64,000 nucleotides of DNA from a virus (taxonomy: Duplodnaviria > Heunggongvirae > Uroviricota > Caudoviricetes): the IMG/VR virus record IMGVR_UViG_3300001688_000696. One strand, written 5' to 3'. A program made the translations under genes and the position numbers. The notes under the pieces are model-generated. The model was given only the letters and a program-made list of their open reading frames with translations. It did not search any database and was not told the origin of the DNA. Numbering within the stretch: the first letter of the stretch is position 1; every line of letters starts with the position of its first letter. Positions 9,404-19,713 of the stretch are shown here, piece after piece.

Positions 9404-10141
9404 ATGGATTGTAGAAACCAAAGCGAAACGGCAGAAACGGCTACTACAGAAACGGGTGGTATAGACAAACAGCCTGTTTGTCCCAATGCAGTTGCGGTAG
9501 CAGTGCAGGAATCCGAGCAACTGGAACGGGCTGCCCGATACACCCATCAAAGTCAGCAATACGAGGATGAGCATTGGGAGTTTCCATCTTCGTCCAACCC
9601 AAACAAGAAATATAAGGTTTCCCGGCGTAAGGTAGATGGGCTGCTGGTCTGTTCCTGCCCGAAGTTCATTTTCCAAAGAGTCCCGGTTGAAAAGAAAAAG
9701 CCCTGCAAACACATCCTTGAAGTGTTAGGTGGAAATGTTCAGCCAGTGGGGGCAATTCAGAAGCCAGCCCCGCAGATTGTCCTATATAACATTCAGGAAG
9801 TTACGCCGGTCATGGACGCAGCGGGAAATGTGATAGAAGTCAAAACACCGCTTATCCCGGCGGGAAACGACAACTTCGCAACCCATTTCCAGGCGACTCT
9901 GATTTACGACCTGCTGCGATACGGCGTCCCCTATTCGCAAATCCGGGAACGCTACGGGCTGGCGAGGGTCAATTCTGCGAAAGACATCGTGCGATATGTA
10001 AGGGCAAACGGGCGCATGGTTTATAAACCCGAGGCGTTGACCGGCGAAGGCAGAAGTATTCCATACGGAGAACAATTCCAGAGAGTCGAAGCGCCAGAAA
10101 ATGACGGGTTGGACGCCATAGCTGGAACAGCACCGTTTTGA
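9404..10141 (+). CDS. SWIM zinc-finger protein
   Basis: LVCSCPKF...KPCKHILEV (CxC...CxH). Confidence 0.75.
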   Translation: MDCRNQSETAETATTETGGIDKQPVCPNAVAVAVQESEQLERAARYTHQSQQYEDEHWEFPSSSNPNKKYKVSRRKVDGLLVCSCPKFIFQRVPVEKKKPCKHILEVLGGNVQPVGAIQKPAPQIVLYNIQEVTPVMDAAGNVIEVKTPLIPAGNDNFATHFQATLIYDLLRYGVPYSQIRERYGLARVNSAKDIVRYVRANGRMVYKPEALTGEGRSIPYGEQFQRVEAPENDGLDAIAGTAPF

Positions 10142-10177
10142 ATCAAAAAGCCCCGCTTCAAACCGGGGCTTTTTGAT
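10142..10177. terminator. Bidirectional terminator
   Basis: atcaaaaagccccg-loop-cggggctttttgat. Confidence 0.8.
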
Positions 10178-10194
10178 GTTTCTGTTACGTTTGG

Positions 10195-10833
10195 TTAGGT
10201 GTGAAACTCCCGATAAAACTTCTCGATGCGGCGGCAGGCAGTGTCGAAGTGCTTCGGGTCAATTTCGATGCCGATGAACGGCAAATCTTTCTTGATACAG
10301 GATAAAGCAGTAGTTCCGCCACCCATCACCGGGTCAAGCACTACCCCACCCTCTTTCGGGACAAAGGAATGAACACAGTAATCCGACCAGTCGAGTGACT
10401 GTTCCCATTCATGGTGTATTTTGTCCGGCTGGCGGTTGTGAAACACGTCCTTGATGAAACCGCGTCCCTGCGGCCATGACTTCTTCACCCACCAAAGAAC
10501 GGGCTTGAAGCAGACCTCAATCCCCATCGCCATACGGGGGTGGCGGCCTTCTTCCTGAATCATGCCGATAATCCAGCGGTACTTCAGGTGTTGGGTGACA
10601 TTCGTCACAATCTCCGCCAAAGCGTACTGTGGGACAATCGGCACATAGCTGCCGCCCGGCACCAAGATGCGCTTCAGCTCGCGGGCGATTTCCCAATACA
10701 GATGGATGTATTTGCGCGGGTACGGCGGGTCAGTGATGCACGCCGTAACTGATTCATCCGGCAAGGTTGGTAGAATATCGAGGCAGTCGCCCAAATACAG
10801 TTCGCACTTTCCGATAGTTTCTTTTCTCATCAT
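10195..10833 (-). CDS. Beta-class N4/N6 DNA methyltransferase
   Basis: LYLGDCLDIL, ITDPPY, VLDPVMGGGTT, IGIEID. Confidence 0.8.
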   Translation of the reverse strand: MMRKETIGKCELYLGDCLDILPTLPDESVTACITDPPYPRKYIHLYWEIARELKRILVPGGSYVPIVPQYALAEIVTNVTQHLKYRWIIGMIQEEGRHPRMAMGIEVCFKPVLWWVKKSWPQGRGFIKDVFHNRQPDKIHHEWEQSLDWSDYCVHSFVPKEGGVVLDPVMGGGTTALSCIKKDLPFIGIEIDPKHFDTACRRIEKFYREFHT

Positions 10834-10855
10834 TTAACTAACCCAATTCAATCCG

Positions 10856-11527
10856 TTATGAACCGGACTTCCAAACAAATCCGCTTCGCATCAGAAATTC
10901 CACTGCCTGACGAGCGCAGTCCAACGGGGTCTGATAAAGTTCCTGCCCGGTGAAACGAACAACCGGGATGTTTTCACTTTGTAGTTGCAGGTCTTTGCGG
11001 TTGTCTTTCCTGATGGTTTTCGTGGCGTTGTGGTATTTTCGCCCATCGCATTCGACCGCCAGCTTCCGTTGGGCATAAGACAGCAAGAAATCCAGCTTGT
11101 ATTTGTGGAAGGGATACTGCGGGTAAACGTACAGCGGCTCAACCCGACCGCTGGTCAGCACACTGGTGTGCAGCCAGTAAGTCTGTTCGTCGTAGACAAT
11201 CTGGATAGGCGTTCCCAACGCCGCGCCGACGTACACAACCAGTCCGTGCATGAAGTTTTTTTCAATCGGGGATTTGATAATCTGGTCAACCTGGTGGAGA
11301 AAATATGCCACCTGCTTTTCAAAGTAATGCGCCAGCATTTTGGTGGTCGCGTCGCGAAACGGGGCATCCTCCACCCCACTCAACTCGCCCACCCGGTTCA
11401 CGTCAAACAGGTTCGGGTTGACCATCATGGTTTGCATGGCGAACCCTTGCGCCAATTCGCGTGAACTCATCTGCCGGCCGGGGTTTTCGTATTCCTCTAA
11501 GTCGTAGTCATCGTCTCGAAACAGCAT
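10856..11527 (-). CDS. DUF559 / very-short-patch-like endonuclease
   Basis: YKLDFLL...LAVECDGRKYH...DNRKDLQLQ...VVRFTGQEL. Confidence 0.75.
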   Translation of the reverse strand: MLFRDDDYDLEEYENPGRQMSSRELAQGFAMQTMMVNPNLFDVNRVGELSGVEDAPFRDATTKMLAHYFEKQVAYFLHQVDQIIKSPIEKNFMHGLVVYVGAALGTPIQIVYDEQTYWLHTSVLTSGRVEPLYVYPQYPFHKYKLDFLLSYAQRKLAVECDGRKYHNATKTIRKDNRKDLQLQSENIPVVRFTGQELYQTPLDCARQAVEFLMRSGFVWKSGS

Positions 11528-11550
11528 TTATCAACCCACCAACAATTAAT

Positions 11551-11889
11551 CTATGCGCAACCCTGCCCTACCCCACGAAGAAAGTGGATGTTTTCAAGCA
11601 GAGTGCTTTTCCTTTCCATCGGGTCAACCCACTGGTGCAGATATTGTTCGTCATTGACCAGCTCGCCAACAGATTCGACTGCTGCCCGCACCCATTTCAC
11701 GGACACAGGCGCTTTTTGACTGACCAGCCAGACAACGGCACCAACCTGCGCTTCCTTTGCCCGTGCAAAAGAAAAGACCTGAGACAAGCAGCCGTCAACC
11801 TGTTCAGCGGTCATGCTGCCCGGTTCTAAGCCGTTCATGATTTCAACCAAATCTGGGTCGTCAATTTCTGGATAATAAGGACGACACAT
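11551..11889 (-). CDS. Hypothetical protein
   Basis: ATG 11889 with SD GGAG, co-oriented in an operon. Confidence 0.55.
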   Translation of the reverse strand: MCRPYYPEIDDPDLVEIMNGLEPGSMTAEQVDGCLSQVFSFARAKEAQVGAVVWLVSQKAPVSVKWVRAAVESVGELVNDEQYLHQWVDPMERKSTLLENIHFLRGVGQGCA

Positions 11890-11950
11890 GAGGTCTCCTT
11901 TTTTATTGTAGTTTCTGTATCTATGATAGGAATGACAATTTGGAGACCGG

Positions 11951-12649
11951 TCAGAAAGTAGGCAGGTTGACACTCACCTGCCTGCTGCGGGTGTAGGCAC
12001 GGATGGTGTCACCGTCCTTGCAAAGTAAAATTCCGCAAAGATAATCCGGGGAAAAGGAATATGGGTTTATCTCAAAGTCATCGGGGGCTTCCCGGAACAG
12101 GAAGGCGTAAAAAGCCATCAGAGTTGTATCGTGCGCAACCGCCAGATTGATGGACTGCCAATGCCCGGCGTAAGGGAAATTGCGCAGCATCCGGCGTATA
12201 TGCCCATCCAGGGCGCATCTGGCGGGATTGTAGGCGATAAAGGTGTTGAGATAACTTCTGACCTGCTGCGGAAGGTCACAGCGTCCGTCAGAAGCGATAT
12301 AAGGCATTTTCACGTATGCCAGATAAGGTTCAGAGCGCAGACAAAAATGCAGGTCATGAGAACGGTCAATGACGCAGGTAGATTGTCCGCCTTTTGCCAT
12401 ATTCTCGGCAGTTTGGAAGCAACGTTGCCGGATACTGGTGATTGCATAGTCAATGTGGTAGCCAGCCATGCGCAGCGCCTTGCCAAACGCTTTCGCTGAC
12501 TGCACTCCTCTTTCGGTTAGCGGCACGTCCCGGTTTCCCCCTGCGGGCTGAAAAGCGCACCGCTCGGCATGACGAATCAGCAAAAGCTTTTGCGGTTCAT
12601 CTGGATAGCTGGCAACATCTGCGGGAGAAAAATAATCAATGCCGTTCAT
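11951..12649 (-). CDS. Histidine phosphatase superfamily protein
   Basis: LLIRHAER, LTERGVQSA, AITSIRQRCFQTA, AVAHDTT. Confidence 0.8.
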   Translation of the reverse strand: MNGIDYFSPADVASYPDEPQKLLLIRHAERCAFQPAGGNRDVPLTERGVQSAKAFGKALRMAGYHIDYAITSIRQRCFQTAENMAKGGQSTCVIDRSHDLHFCLRSEPYLAYVKMPYIASDGRCDLPQQVRSYLNTFIAYNPARCALDGHIRRMLRNFPYAGHWQSINLAVAHDTTLMAFYAFLFREAPDDFEINPYSFSPDYLCGILLCKDGDTIRAYTRSRQVSVNLPTF

Positions 12650-12725
12650 GCTCCCACCCCGAGCAGTGGTTTGTTATTTACAATGACGGACAGTGAGAGT
12701 AATGAGCGAAATTATGCAGAGAATC

Positions 12726-12752
12726 AAAAAGACCGCCATGAGCGGTCTTTTT
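12726..12752. terminator. Terminator downstream of rep
   Basis: aaaaagaccgc-catga-gcggtcttttt. Confidence 0.75.
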
Positions 12753-12773
12753 GAAAGAGAAAGTGCGAAGGAA

Positions 12774-15038
12774 TTATGCCTGATTGTCTGCGACAATCAC
12801 AAGGGTTACAGAACGGTTCAGGATGCCGGTAAATATCCGGGTTAGCGTGCTGTTGAAACGGCTGTCAATCAAATCACGGGTATAAGCGTCGGCCGCCGTA
12901 AACGTCAGCGTGCCAGTCTCCTTGGCATAGGCTGTCAGTCTGAGCGTTTTCAAAGTATCCCGCAGGTGTTTAGAGATTGAATAATCTTCCAGTTGCGCGA
13001 ACGCGGCTTCCCATGCCCGCTGAATAGACACGGGGATGCCACTGTCCTCAGGAATAGTGTTCGATGGGGGCGGTACTAACTCCCCTGCCCCACCGGGTTC
13101 ATCTGCGCTATCTTCGGGTGCGTCACTGCCCAAATTTTCATCAGGTTCGTTGTATTCATCATCGGCTTCGTATTCGGCAATTAATTCTTTCAAGACGGAC
13201 GTAAAGCCCTTTTCTCGCAGGTTTTTTTCTATCTGCCGGATGGCTGGATTGGAATAAAGCCCGCCGTAGCCATTGGTGGAGAAATACTCATCGTAAAAAT
13301 CACAGGGGTGCATCTGTGCAATGTCCATGTAGACCGCTGGCGAAGGTTCTTGCCAGCGTTTCAGCGCATACCATTCAGGGGACTGGATGCCCCTACCTTC
13401 CAGATTAACCGCCTTTCGTTCATACGCCCAAATCCATTTTGCGATGAATTTTTCGCCGGTGGTTGGGTCGCCGCGCGCCTGTTCCAGCAGCCGTTGGGCA
13501 TAACGGCTGGATAGCGTTCCACCCCACGCGAGTATCTTCGTCAAATTCCATCCATTCACAACAACAGCTACAACCTGCCCTTCCAGTGGTTGTTGTTGTG
13601 AATTAAAAAAGGGTGTATTAAAAGACTCAGATTCAGACTTAATTAATGTGTCAACATTTTGCGGCTCATCTGTCAACAATTTGCTGTCAGGCTGTAAACT
13701 ATTTGCGGGTTCCCTGTTAACTTCTTGCGGTTCACCTGTTAACTTTTTGCCGTTGGCCTGTAAACCTTTTGCGCTTAATCTGTAAACAATTTGCAGTTCA
13801 TCTGATAACAAAATGCGGTCGGGCTGTAAACAATTTGCGGTCGAGCTGTTAACATTTTGCGCTTGACCGTTAGATTTGATTTTGGCATCGGCATATTTCC
13901 GTTTGCGGTTGCCGGTCTTTTTCTCTTTTTCATCCGGGCGAGTTTCCAACTCATCCACCGGGACGCCGTTCAACAAAGCCTCGACCAATGATTCATACCA
14001 CTCCATGTCCTTTGGATGGATGGGGTCAATCATCGCGACCTCGACTTTGACAGCCCGGCTGACCTCATCTCTGGTGATTTTCAGAAACTTCGAGATGGGT
14101 TTCTGCGGGTTCAGACTGTCGTTCATTATCCGGCGTGCGGTACGTTCGTCTATCTTCAGTTCGTTGGCGAAATCCTTAAGTGTGGCAAAGGTAAGCTGTC
14201 CGATGGTCTTTTTGCTATAGACTTTTAGCCGGAGATATTGGATAGTTATGGCTTCCAGACTGTTAAGCTCCGACAGCCAGTTCTTTGCGTAATAGTGAGA
14301 TATGACGAAGGTATCATCCGGTCGAATAATTTTCGCTTCAAAGTTCTCGCAGAAGGCGACTGCCTCGATGCTGAGTCTCTGAAAATACTTCTTCAGAATA
14401 TCTACCGTGTTGTAATATTCGGGCGGACGCTGCCCTTTCCCGTTCTGTTCTTGATAAAACGCCATCAGCTTGTGTTCATCGGGGATTTGCTTCTCGAAGT
14501 AAAGCAGAAAGCTCATCGCATCCTGCTGTGAATTTGCCTTCTGCCAGCGGTTATAGTAATGCTGGATGGCGTTTTCAATCGCTATTAGGTGGTGGAGCGC
14601 AAGGGGGACATCGATGCGTACCGAGAAGGAGTTTTGTTTTCGCCGGTGATGAGTCAAGCGTTTGAAAAACCAGCTCAAATACGACTCATCGGCTTTATCC
14701 AGCATGGTTGAGATACGAGCAAAGCTGAACCCGCACCACGTTTCAACGTGCCGGAGCGATATTTCCGTTTCTTTCGTCTTTCGAGGCGATTCTTTGGGGA
14801 GAAAGGCGGCCTGCCGGATTCCAACCACCAGGGCGACTTCCGGCGCGCTGAGCCAGCCGTAACCATACCAGTGTTGTAGAAGGTATTTCGGGTTTGGGAT
14901 TACCGGTTTCGGGGATATTACAATGTTTCTTGCAGTACTAACAACCCTGTGCAAAATTAAATCGTTTTGCGTTGGGCTGTCAACCGGCGACAAAATCCCA
15001 CCCTCTTGACTTTGTAGGTCAGAGTATGTTATAGTCAT
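12774..15038 (-). CDS. Replication initiator with wHTH-like regions and C-terminal DnaA N-terminal-like domain
   Basis: C-terminus RAWEAAFAQLE...TLTFTAADAYTRDLIDSRFNSTLTRIF resembles DnaA domain I. Contains an iteron array and lies next to parAB. Confidence 0.7.
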   Translation of the reverse strand: MTITYSDLQSQEGGILSPVDSPTQNDLILHRVVSTARNIVISPKPVIPNPKYLLQHWYGYGWLSAPEVALVVGIRQAAFLPKESPRKTKETEISLRHVETWCGFSFARISTMLDKADESYLSWFFKRLTHHRRKQNSFSVRIDVPLALHHLIAIENAIQHYYNRWQKANSQQDAMSFLLYFEKQIPDEHKLMAFYQEQNGKGQRPPEYYNTVDILKKYFQRLSIEAVAFCENFEAKIIRPDDTFVISHYYAKNWLSELNSLEAITIQYLRLKVYSKKTIGQLTFATLKDFANELKIDERTARRIMNDSLNPQKPISKFLKITRDEVSRAVKVEVAMIDPIHPKDMEWYESLVEALLNGVPVDELETRPDEKEKKTGNRKRKYADAKIKSNGQAQNVNSSTANCLQPDRILLSDELQIVYRLSAKGLQANGKKLTGEPQEVNREPANSLQPDSKLLTDEPQNVDTLIKSESESFNTPFFNSQQQPLEGQVVAVVVNGWNLTKILAWGGTLSSRYAQRLLEQARGDPTTGEKFIAKWIWAYERKAVNLEGRGIQSPEWYALKRWQEPSPAVYMDIAQMHPCDFYDEYFSTNGYGGLYSNPAIRQIEKNLREKGFTSVLKELIAEYEADDEYNEPDENLGSDAPEDSADEPGGAGELVPPPSNTIPEDSGIPVSIQRAWEAAFAQLEDYSISKHLRDTLKTLRLTAYAKETGTLTFTAADAYTRDLIDSRFNSTLTRIFTGILNRSVTLVIVADNQA
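13648..13867. repeat. Ten tandem 22-bp iterons (putative origin) inside rep
   Basis: Units start at 13648, 13670, 13692, 13714, 13736, 13758, 13780, 13802, 13824 and 13846, consensus CTGTHAACWWTTTGCGGTY. AT-rich tract adjacent at ~13590-13647. Confidence 0.85.
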
Positions 15039-15121
15039 ATCACCTTGGGGAGCATTTCAACCGAAATGCACTTAGTGGCAGGAATCCGTTGCGGCGGATT
15101 TCTGTCTTATTTAAACCTTCT

Positions 15122-16144
15122 TTATCTGGCGAAACTCCCTTCCGGCATGTCCATCTGAACATCAGCCGTATTCTCTTCTTGCGAAGAAGGCGGGGTAATA
15201 TCCAGACCATCAGGCACCATCTCTTCGGTGATGATGCTGCCATTGGATTTAATCAGCTCCAAAAGAGCTTGGTTGGCAAGTTCCATCAACTTGCCGGGGA
15301 CTCTCTGGGATGCTTCTATCAGAAGGTCAACGGCTTCATCTGTAAACAGCGGTTCGCTTCTGCCGGCCGCTACGACTTGCTTTTTCAGCAGATTCGCAAG
15401 TTCCAAAATGGAAGGCGTTCCCCACGTGCGGGAATTGTTCGTTTGAAGGGTCAGGGAATCGATTTGGGGGAACATCCGTTCCGCATAAAATGGCGAAGTC
15501 CTCCGCCCTATCAGCAGGACTTGGACGAGGCTTTTGTTAACGGGCTTCCCGCGTGGACGCTTGAATTCCAGATACCAGTTACCAATCTCTAGCAGGATGT
15601 TCATCGCATCCAGATTGATTTCGGTATCTATCACGAGAAACAAACTTTCCCCGCGTTCTTCCATCTGTTTCACAAGATAGTTACGCAGGGCTTCCATACG
15701 CTCTGCATTGTTGCTGATGTGCGGCAAGCCCAATGTGGATGCGATGATTTTGACCAGGTTCGCGGGGGTAACGGGTTTTCCGCTAATCAAAATGCTTTGC
15801 GCTTTAAGTGATGGGTCGGAGCGGATGACGGAATGCAGTCGCCGCGCCAGTTGAGTCTTACCCATCTGCGGGTTTCCCACGATGATGTTGATGTTTTTCA
15901 AAGGCTTTTCCACGACCAGAGAGATGGCATCGTTATAAGACAATGCCTGTTCTGCCAGCGGGAAAAAATACCTCCCATCGTTATACGGGCAAAAAGGATT
16001 GTCAACCAACCCTAGTCTTTGGAGTCGTTTGTGGTATTGGAATGGTTCTAATGCTGAAATATTCGCCACGCGGTTCCTCCCGACAGGCGCTCTTGCCAGA
16101 TTGTCGAGTCCATTATGGCACAAAACCTGCCTGAATGCAAGCAA
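15122..16144 (-). CDS. ExeA-like AAA+ ATPase (start uncertain)
   Basis: LGLVDNPF...YFFP, Walker A GNPQMGKT, LFLVID, LFTDEAVDLLIEASQRVPGKL. Confidence 0.7.
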   Translation of the reverse strand: MLAFRQVLCHNGLDNLARAPVGRNRVANISALEPFQYHKRLQRLGLVDNPFCPYNDGRYFFPLAEQALSYNDAISLVVEKPLKNINIIVGNPQMGKTQLARRLHSVIRSDPSLKAQSILISGKPVTPANLVKIIASTLGLPHISNNAERMEALRNYLVKQMEERGESLFLVIDTEINLDAMNILLEIGNWYLEFKRPRGKPVNKSLVQVLLIGRRTSPFYAERMFPQIDSLTLQTNNSRTWGTPSILELANLLKKQVVAAGRSEPLFTDEAVDLLIEASQRVPGKLMELANQALLELIKSNGSIITEEMVPDGLDITPPSSQEENTADVQMDMPEGSFAR

Positions 16145-16281
16145 AAATCAGGAGAATTTTCCGAGACCGAAGAAAATTTTCGAAAAATTTGCCACAATCA
16201 TGGATAATAATATTGCACATTTATCTTTCCTGTGATAATATGCGGTTATCGAAAAAATATTTGTTTAATCGGGGAGGCCGC

Positions 16282-17166
16282 ATGTATCGCATTGCAATCA
16301 TCAATCAGAAAGGTGGCGTCGCGAAAACTACAACTTCGGTCAACCTTGCTGCTGGTCTGGCGCTTCTGGAGTTCGAGTTGAACCCAGAAAGTCCAGAACG
16401 GGTGTTGTACGTTCAGTTGGATAAACAAGCTGACGGGACGGCGATACTCAACCATACCATGTACAAGGGAGAAGGCGAAGACCGTAGGCTGGCGGACGAA
16501 ACGCTTCTAACTATCGCCAACATATTGATTGATGAAGAACCACCATCAACTCGCAAAGTGATACAAAAGGCTCAAATGCCAGCTTCTCTGGCAAAAATCG
16601 ACCGCAACAATCTCGATTTCATCCCCACCGACCCGCCTACGATGGCGCAGGTAGACGAATTTATCAACATGGTAGATATGCGGGAACAGCGGTTGGACTT
16701 CGGGCTGCAAGAGGTCGACCCGCTGTACAAATACTGCGTTATCGACACCCCACCAGGACATAAGGTGCTTATTAAAAACGCCCTGACCGCTGCTACTCAT
16801 GTCATCATTCCGGTTGTCGCCTCTGGTGCTGGACTGCGGTCTTTGAACGATTCGCTGGCGACCGTACGAAGCGTCCAACGGCGGCTCAACCCTGATTTGA
16901 AGGTGTTGGGTATCCTGCCATCTCGTTGTGACCTGACCCGGTCGGAAGCCAAAATCGTTTTGGAAGAACTAGAACGACATTACACAAACTTACTATTCGA
17001 ACCAATTGCAGAACGGGCGGATGTTTCGGCTGCATATTCCTTGGGCTACGATATTTTTTCGTATCTCCCGCCCAAATCTGGGAGTTCATCATTCATTTCA
17101 AAGAAGGACGCGGCGATTGAGTTTGGCAAGCTCGTGCAGGAAGTTTATCGTCGCCTGCATTACTAA
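16282..17166 (+). CDS. parA: ParA partition ATPase
   Basis: IAIINQKGGVAKTTT deviant Walker A, VIDTPP, ALTAATHVIIPV. SD GGGAGG before ATG 16282. Confidence 0.92.
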   Translation: MYRIAIINQKGGVAKTTTSVNLAAGLALLEFELNPESPERVLYVQLDKQADGTAILNHTMYKGEGEDRRLADETLLTIANILIDEEPPSTRKVIQKAQMPASLAKIDRNNLDFIPTDPPTMAQVDEFINMVDMREQRLDFGLQEVDPLYKYCVIDTPPGHKVLIKNALTAATHVIIPVVASGAGLRSLNDSLATVRSVQRRLNPDLKVLGILPSRCDLTRSEAKIVLEELERHYTNLLFEPIAERADVSAAYSLGYDIFSYLPPKSGSSSFISKKDAAIEFGKLVQEVYRRLHY

Positions 17167-17213
17167 GGGGTAATTTGTTCCGAGGAACAAGTTTTAGGAA
17201 GAAGGATGTACCG

Positions 17214-18470
17214 ATGGCGAAAAAGGATTTGCGCAATATCTCCCTGGCAACTCAAGCTATCGAACGCCCACAGGCGGCGCTGGATGATTTAGTGCCCGCC
17301 CCAAATATTTCCGGTAAGCGCCGGGCTATCACCTACATTTCCGTCACGGACATCATTCCCGACCAGTACCAGTCCCGCCCTTTGCTTCCCCCCGCGGTTG
17401 GGAAACGTTTTTTCAACTTCGAGATTGATTGCTTCGAGGCGATGCGTCAATGGATACAAGCTGCTAAGGTAGACCCCGTATATCGCAAAAAGTTGGAGGG
17501 GTTGAGCGGGCTGGAAGAAAGCCTCGACAAGCAAGGACAAATCAACGCCATTTTTGGTTACTGGAAACAGGCGCAAAATGGGCGGGATTACTTCTTTATC
17601 GAGTCTGGCGAGCGGCGTTTCTGGAGTACGGTACTTGGCGCGGTACGGCGGAAGGAGACAGGCGAAAACGTCCGGGTTGCCTGCATCGTTGTGCCTGAAT
17701 TCAGTCTGGAACGCCAGGTAGCGGAAAACGAAAAATCAGAGGGTCTTTCTGCTGTCGGTAAGGCCAGAGAGGTGGCGCGCCTGATACTGGAGTATAAAGG
17801 GATAAAACCAGACCCTTCCGAGGACGGCTACGGGTTCAGTTACCATCGCAAAGCAATTGGTCTGCGTGCTAGCGAGGATGTTTGGCAGAAAATCGGGGCG
17901 CTGGTAAACATTGAATCCCGGTCGCAATTGAGCAAGTATATAAAAATTTTGTCGCTGGATGATGAGCTACTGATTGCGGCGGACGCTTATAATGTCTCGT
18001 TCAAGGCGCTGTATCACATCGTGAATAATGTTCCGCGGGAAAATCAGATGACTGTGCTGATGGACGAGATAAATTACATGTTTCAGCGTAGCGGTCAGGC
18101 GGATTCTGAAGATGATGATAAATATGAACCCGCCGCAGATGGAAATAGAAACGCAGCGAATGCTCCATTTGTAAACACGCAGACACCAGCGCCTTCTGCT
18201 GCGGATACAAACAAGCCAACGAACAGGTCTCCTAGAAAACCTGTCCGGCAAGTTCCGTTCCACACAAAAGCCGCCAGAAGGTTTAAAAATACTTACGCAG
18301 TCATCCTCAAGGAAAGGCGGAAAGACAGAGATTTTATCAGTAAAATCGCCACCGAGACCGTTAACGAACTCGATGACATTGAACAGATGCGAGATTTTGT
18401 CAGTACGCTGAAGGAATATATAAATCAAGTTGAGATGCGGATTGCATCTCTGACGAATGATTATCCCTGA
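17214..18470 (+). CDS. parB: ParB-family partition protein
   Basis: IIPDQYQSR, GQINAI, ESGERRFWS (GxRR CTPase motif), followed by HTH region. Confidence 0.8.
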   Translation: MAKKDLRNISLATQAIERPQAALDDLVPAPNISGKRRAITYISVTDIIPDQYQSRPLLPPAVGKRFFNFEIDCFEAMRQWIQAAKVDPVYRKKLEGLSGLEESLDKQGQINAIFGYWKQAQNGRDYFFIESGERRFWSTVLGAVRRKETGENVRVACIVVPEFSLERQVAENEKSEGLSAVGKAREVARLILEYKGIKPDPSEDGYGFSYHRKAIGLRASEDVWQKIGALVNIESRSQLSKYIKILSLDDELLIAADAYNVSFKALYHIVNNVPRENQMTVLMDEINYMFQRSGQADSEDDDKYEPAADGNRNAANAPFVNTQTPAPSAADTNKPTNRSPRKPVRQVPFHTKAARRFKNTYAVILKERRKDRDFISKIATETVNELDDIEQMRDFVSTLKEYINQVEMRIASLTNDYP

Positions 18471-18488
18471 CAAGCGTATTTCCAGATG

Positions 18489-18522
18489 AAGCGGAGCTGG
18501 ACGCCACCAGCTCCGCTTTTTT
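18489..18522 (+). terminator. Terminator after parB
   Basis: aagcggagctgg-acgcca-ccagctccgctttttt. Confidence 0.8.
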
Positions 18523-18567
18523 ATTGTCTGCGGCGCTCCGGTGCAAGACTATTTTGGATGTATGCAA

Positions 18568-18591
18568 AAACTTTTCCCGCGGGAAAAGTTT
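18568..18591. promoter_or_regulatory. parS-like palindrome 1
   Basis: AAACTTTTCCCGCGGGAAAAGTTT, perfect 24-bp palindrome. Confidence 0.8.
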
Positions 18592-18753
18592 GAAACCTAA
18601 AACTTCTGTTTTGTCGAACAGATACGAAAATATTGACCGCTGATAGATTGTTGTCCCTGATTCCCAATTTACCGAAATCAATTGGTTACATCAAAAAGCT
18701 GTGGTGGGAGCATGTACGTGGTTGCATTTTTCGATACAGGCTTGTTTATCGAA

Positions 18754-18777
18754 AAACTTTTCCCGCGGGAAAAGTTT
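18754..18777. promoter_or_regulatory. parS-like palindrome 2
   Basis: Identical 24-bp palindrome. Confidence 0.8.
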
Positions 18778-18964
18778 GAATATCGAAACCCCGTAAAACG
18801 GAGCAAATTTGAAAAACACTGGCTATCAGATGCTTTCTAGCCCATGCCATTAAATCTCTAGAAAAGTCCGTTTCGTCAGGGGATTAATGTAATAGTGTCT
18901 TTTTTGATGCCATGCGACTTGTCGAAAAGATTTGTTTTTTCAGAAGCGACTTGTCTAATCCGGG

Positions 18965-18988
18965 AAACTTTTCCCGCGGAACAAATTT
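18965..18988. promoter_or_regulatory. parS-like palindrome 3 (degenerate)
   Basis: AAACTTTTCCCGCGGAACAAATTT. Confidence 0.6.
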
Positions 18989-19242
18989 CGTTATCAATAG
19001 GGGTAGGGGACTGGTTACTATTTTTATCTCTGGTAAATCATGTCCCAAAAACTAACATTTTAACTTTTGAAAACAGAAGAAATGTTGTGAGTTGAACGAA
19101 TAAAGCAATAAAAATATCATGCAATATATGGCAGTTGTTGAATGCAAATATGACGACTGTAAATAAATGCATGTTTTGATTAGTCATAGTTGGAAAAAAG
19201 ACAGGATGTGGATTTCCAGGTCTTAAATTGTGTTTAAACACA

Positions 19243-19266
19243 AAACTTTTCCCGCGGGAAAAGTTT
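19243..19266. promoter_or_regulatory. parS-like palindrome 4
   Basis: Identical 24-bp palindrome. Confidence 0.8.
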
Positions 19267-19428
19267 TTGACTTAGTAAAAGGTGTTCTGGTTTCTATTGG
19301 GAGAGTAATGCGCATAGTATAACGTCGAGCATTTTTTTTTCGGTAGGCGGGGGAATGGGCGGCTGAAAATTGATTATCCAGATGGGGTCTCGTCATTAAG
19401 GTGAAAACCACTTCAGTAAGGAGTTTAT

Positions 19429-19650
19429 ATGAACGAGACCCGGCATGTCGTTATTTCGTTTCTGACTAACATCCTGATGGCGGTGGCGCTCATCGCCGTT
19501 TGGTATCAGGTTTCGGTGGTATTGATGCGCTTTGCTCCGGCATTTTCTGCTTATGAAAATATCCTGACCTTCCCGGTTTTCTGGACTGGGGTAGGGGTGA
19601 TTTCGTCCATTTGTGGGCTGAGAGCAGTTGTTCAGGCGAACTCGCGCTGA
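19429..19650 (+). CDS. Small two-helix membrane protein
   Basis: SD AAGGAG; two hydrophobic segments. Confidence 0.55.
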   Translation: MNETRHVVISFLTNILMAVALIAVWYQVSVVLMRFAPAFSAYENILTFPVFWTGVGVISSICGLRAVVQANSR

Positions 19651-19713
19651 TAAGAACGTATCAGCGCGCAGGCAGTAACCGGCACAATATCTAGTCTGAA
19701 AATTCAACACGAA

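Noticed and set aside
13648-13867. Possible CRISPR array
   Set aside because: Degenerate head-to-tail 22-bp repeats with no unique spacers and no cas operon; fits iterons.
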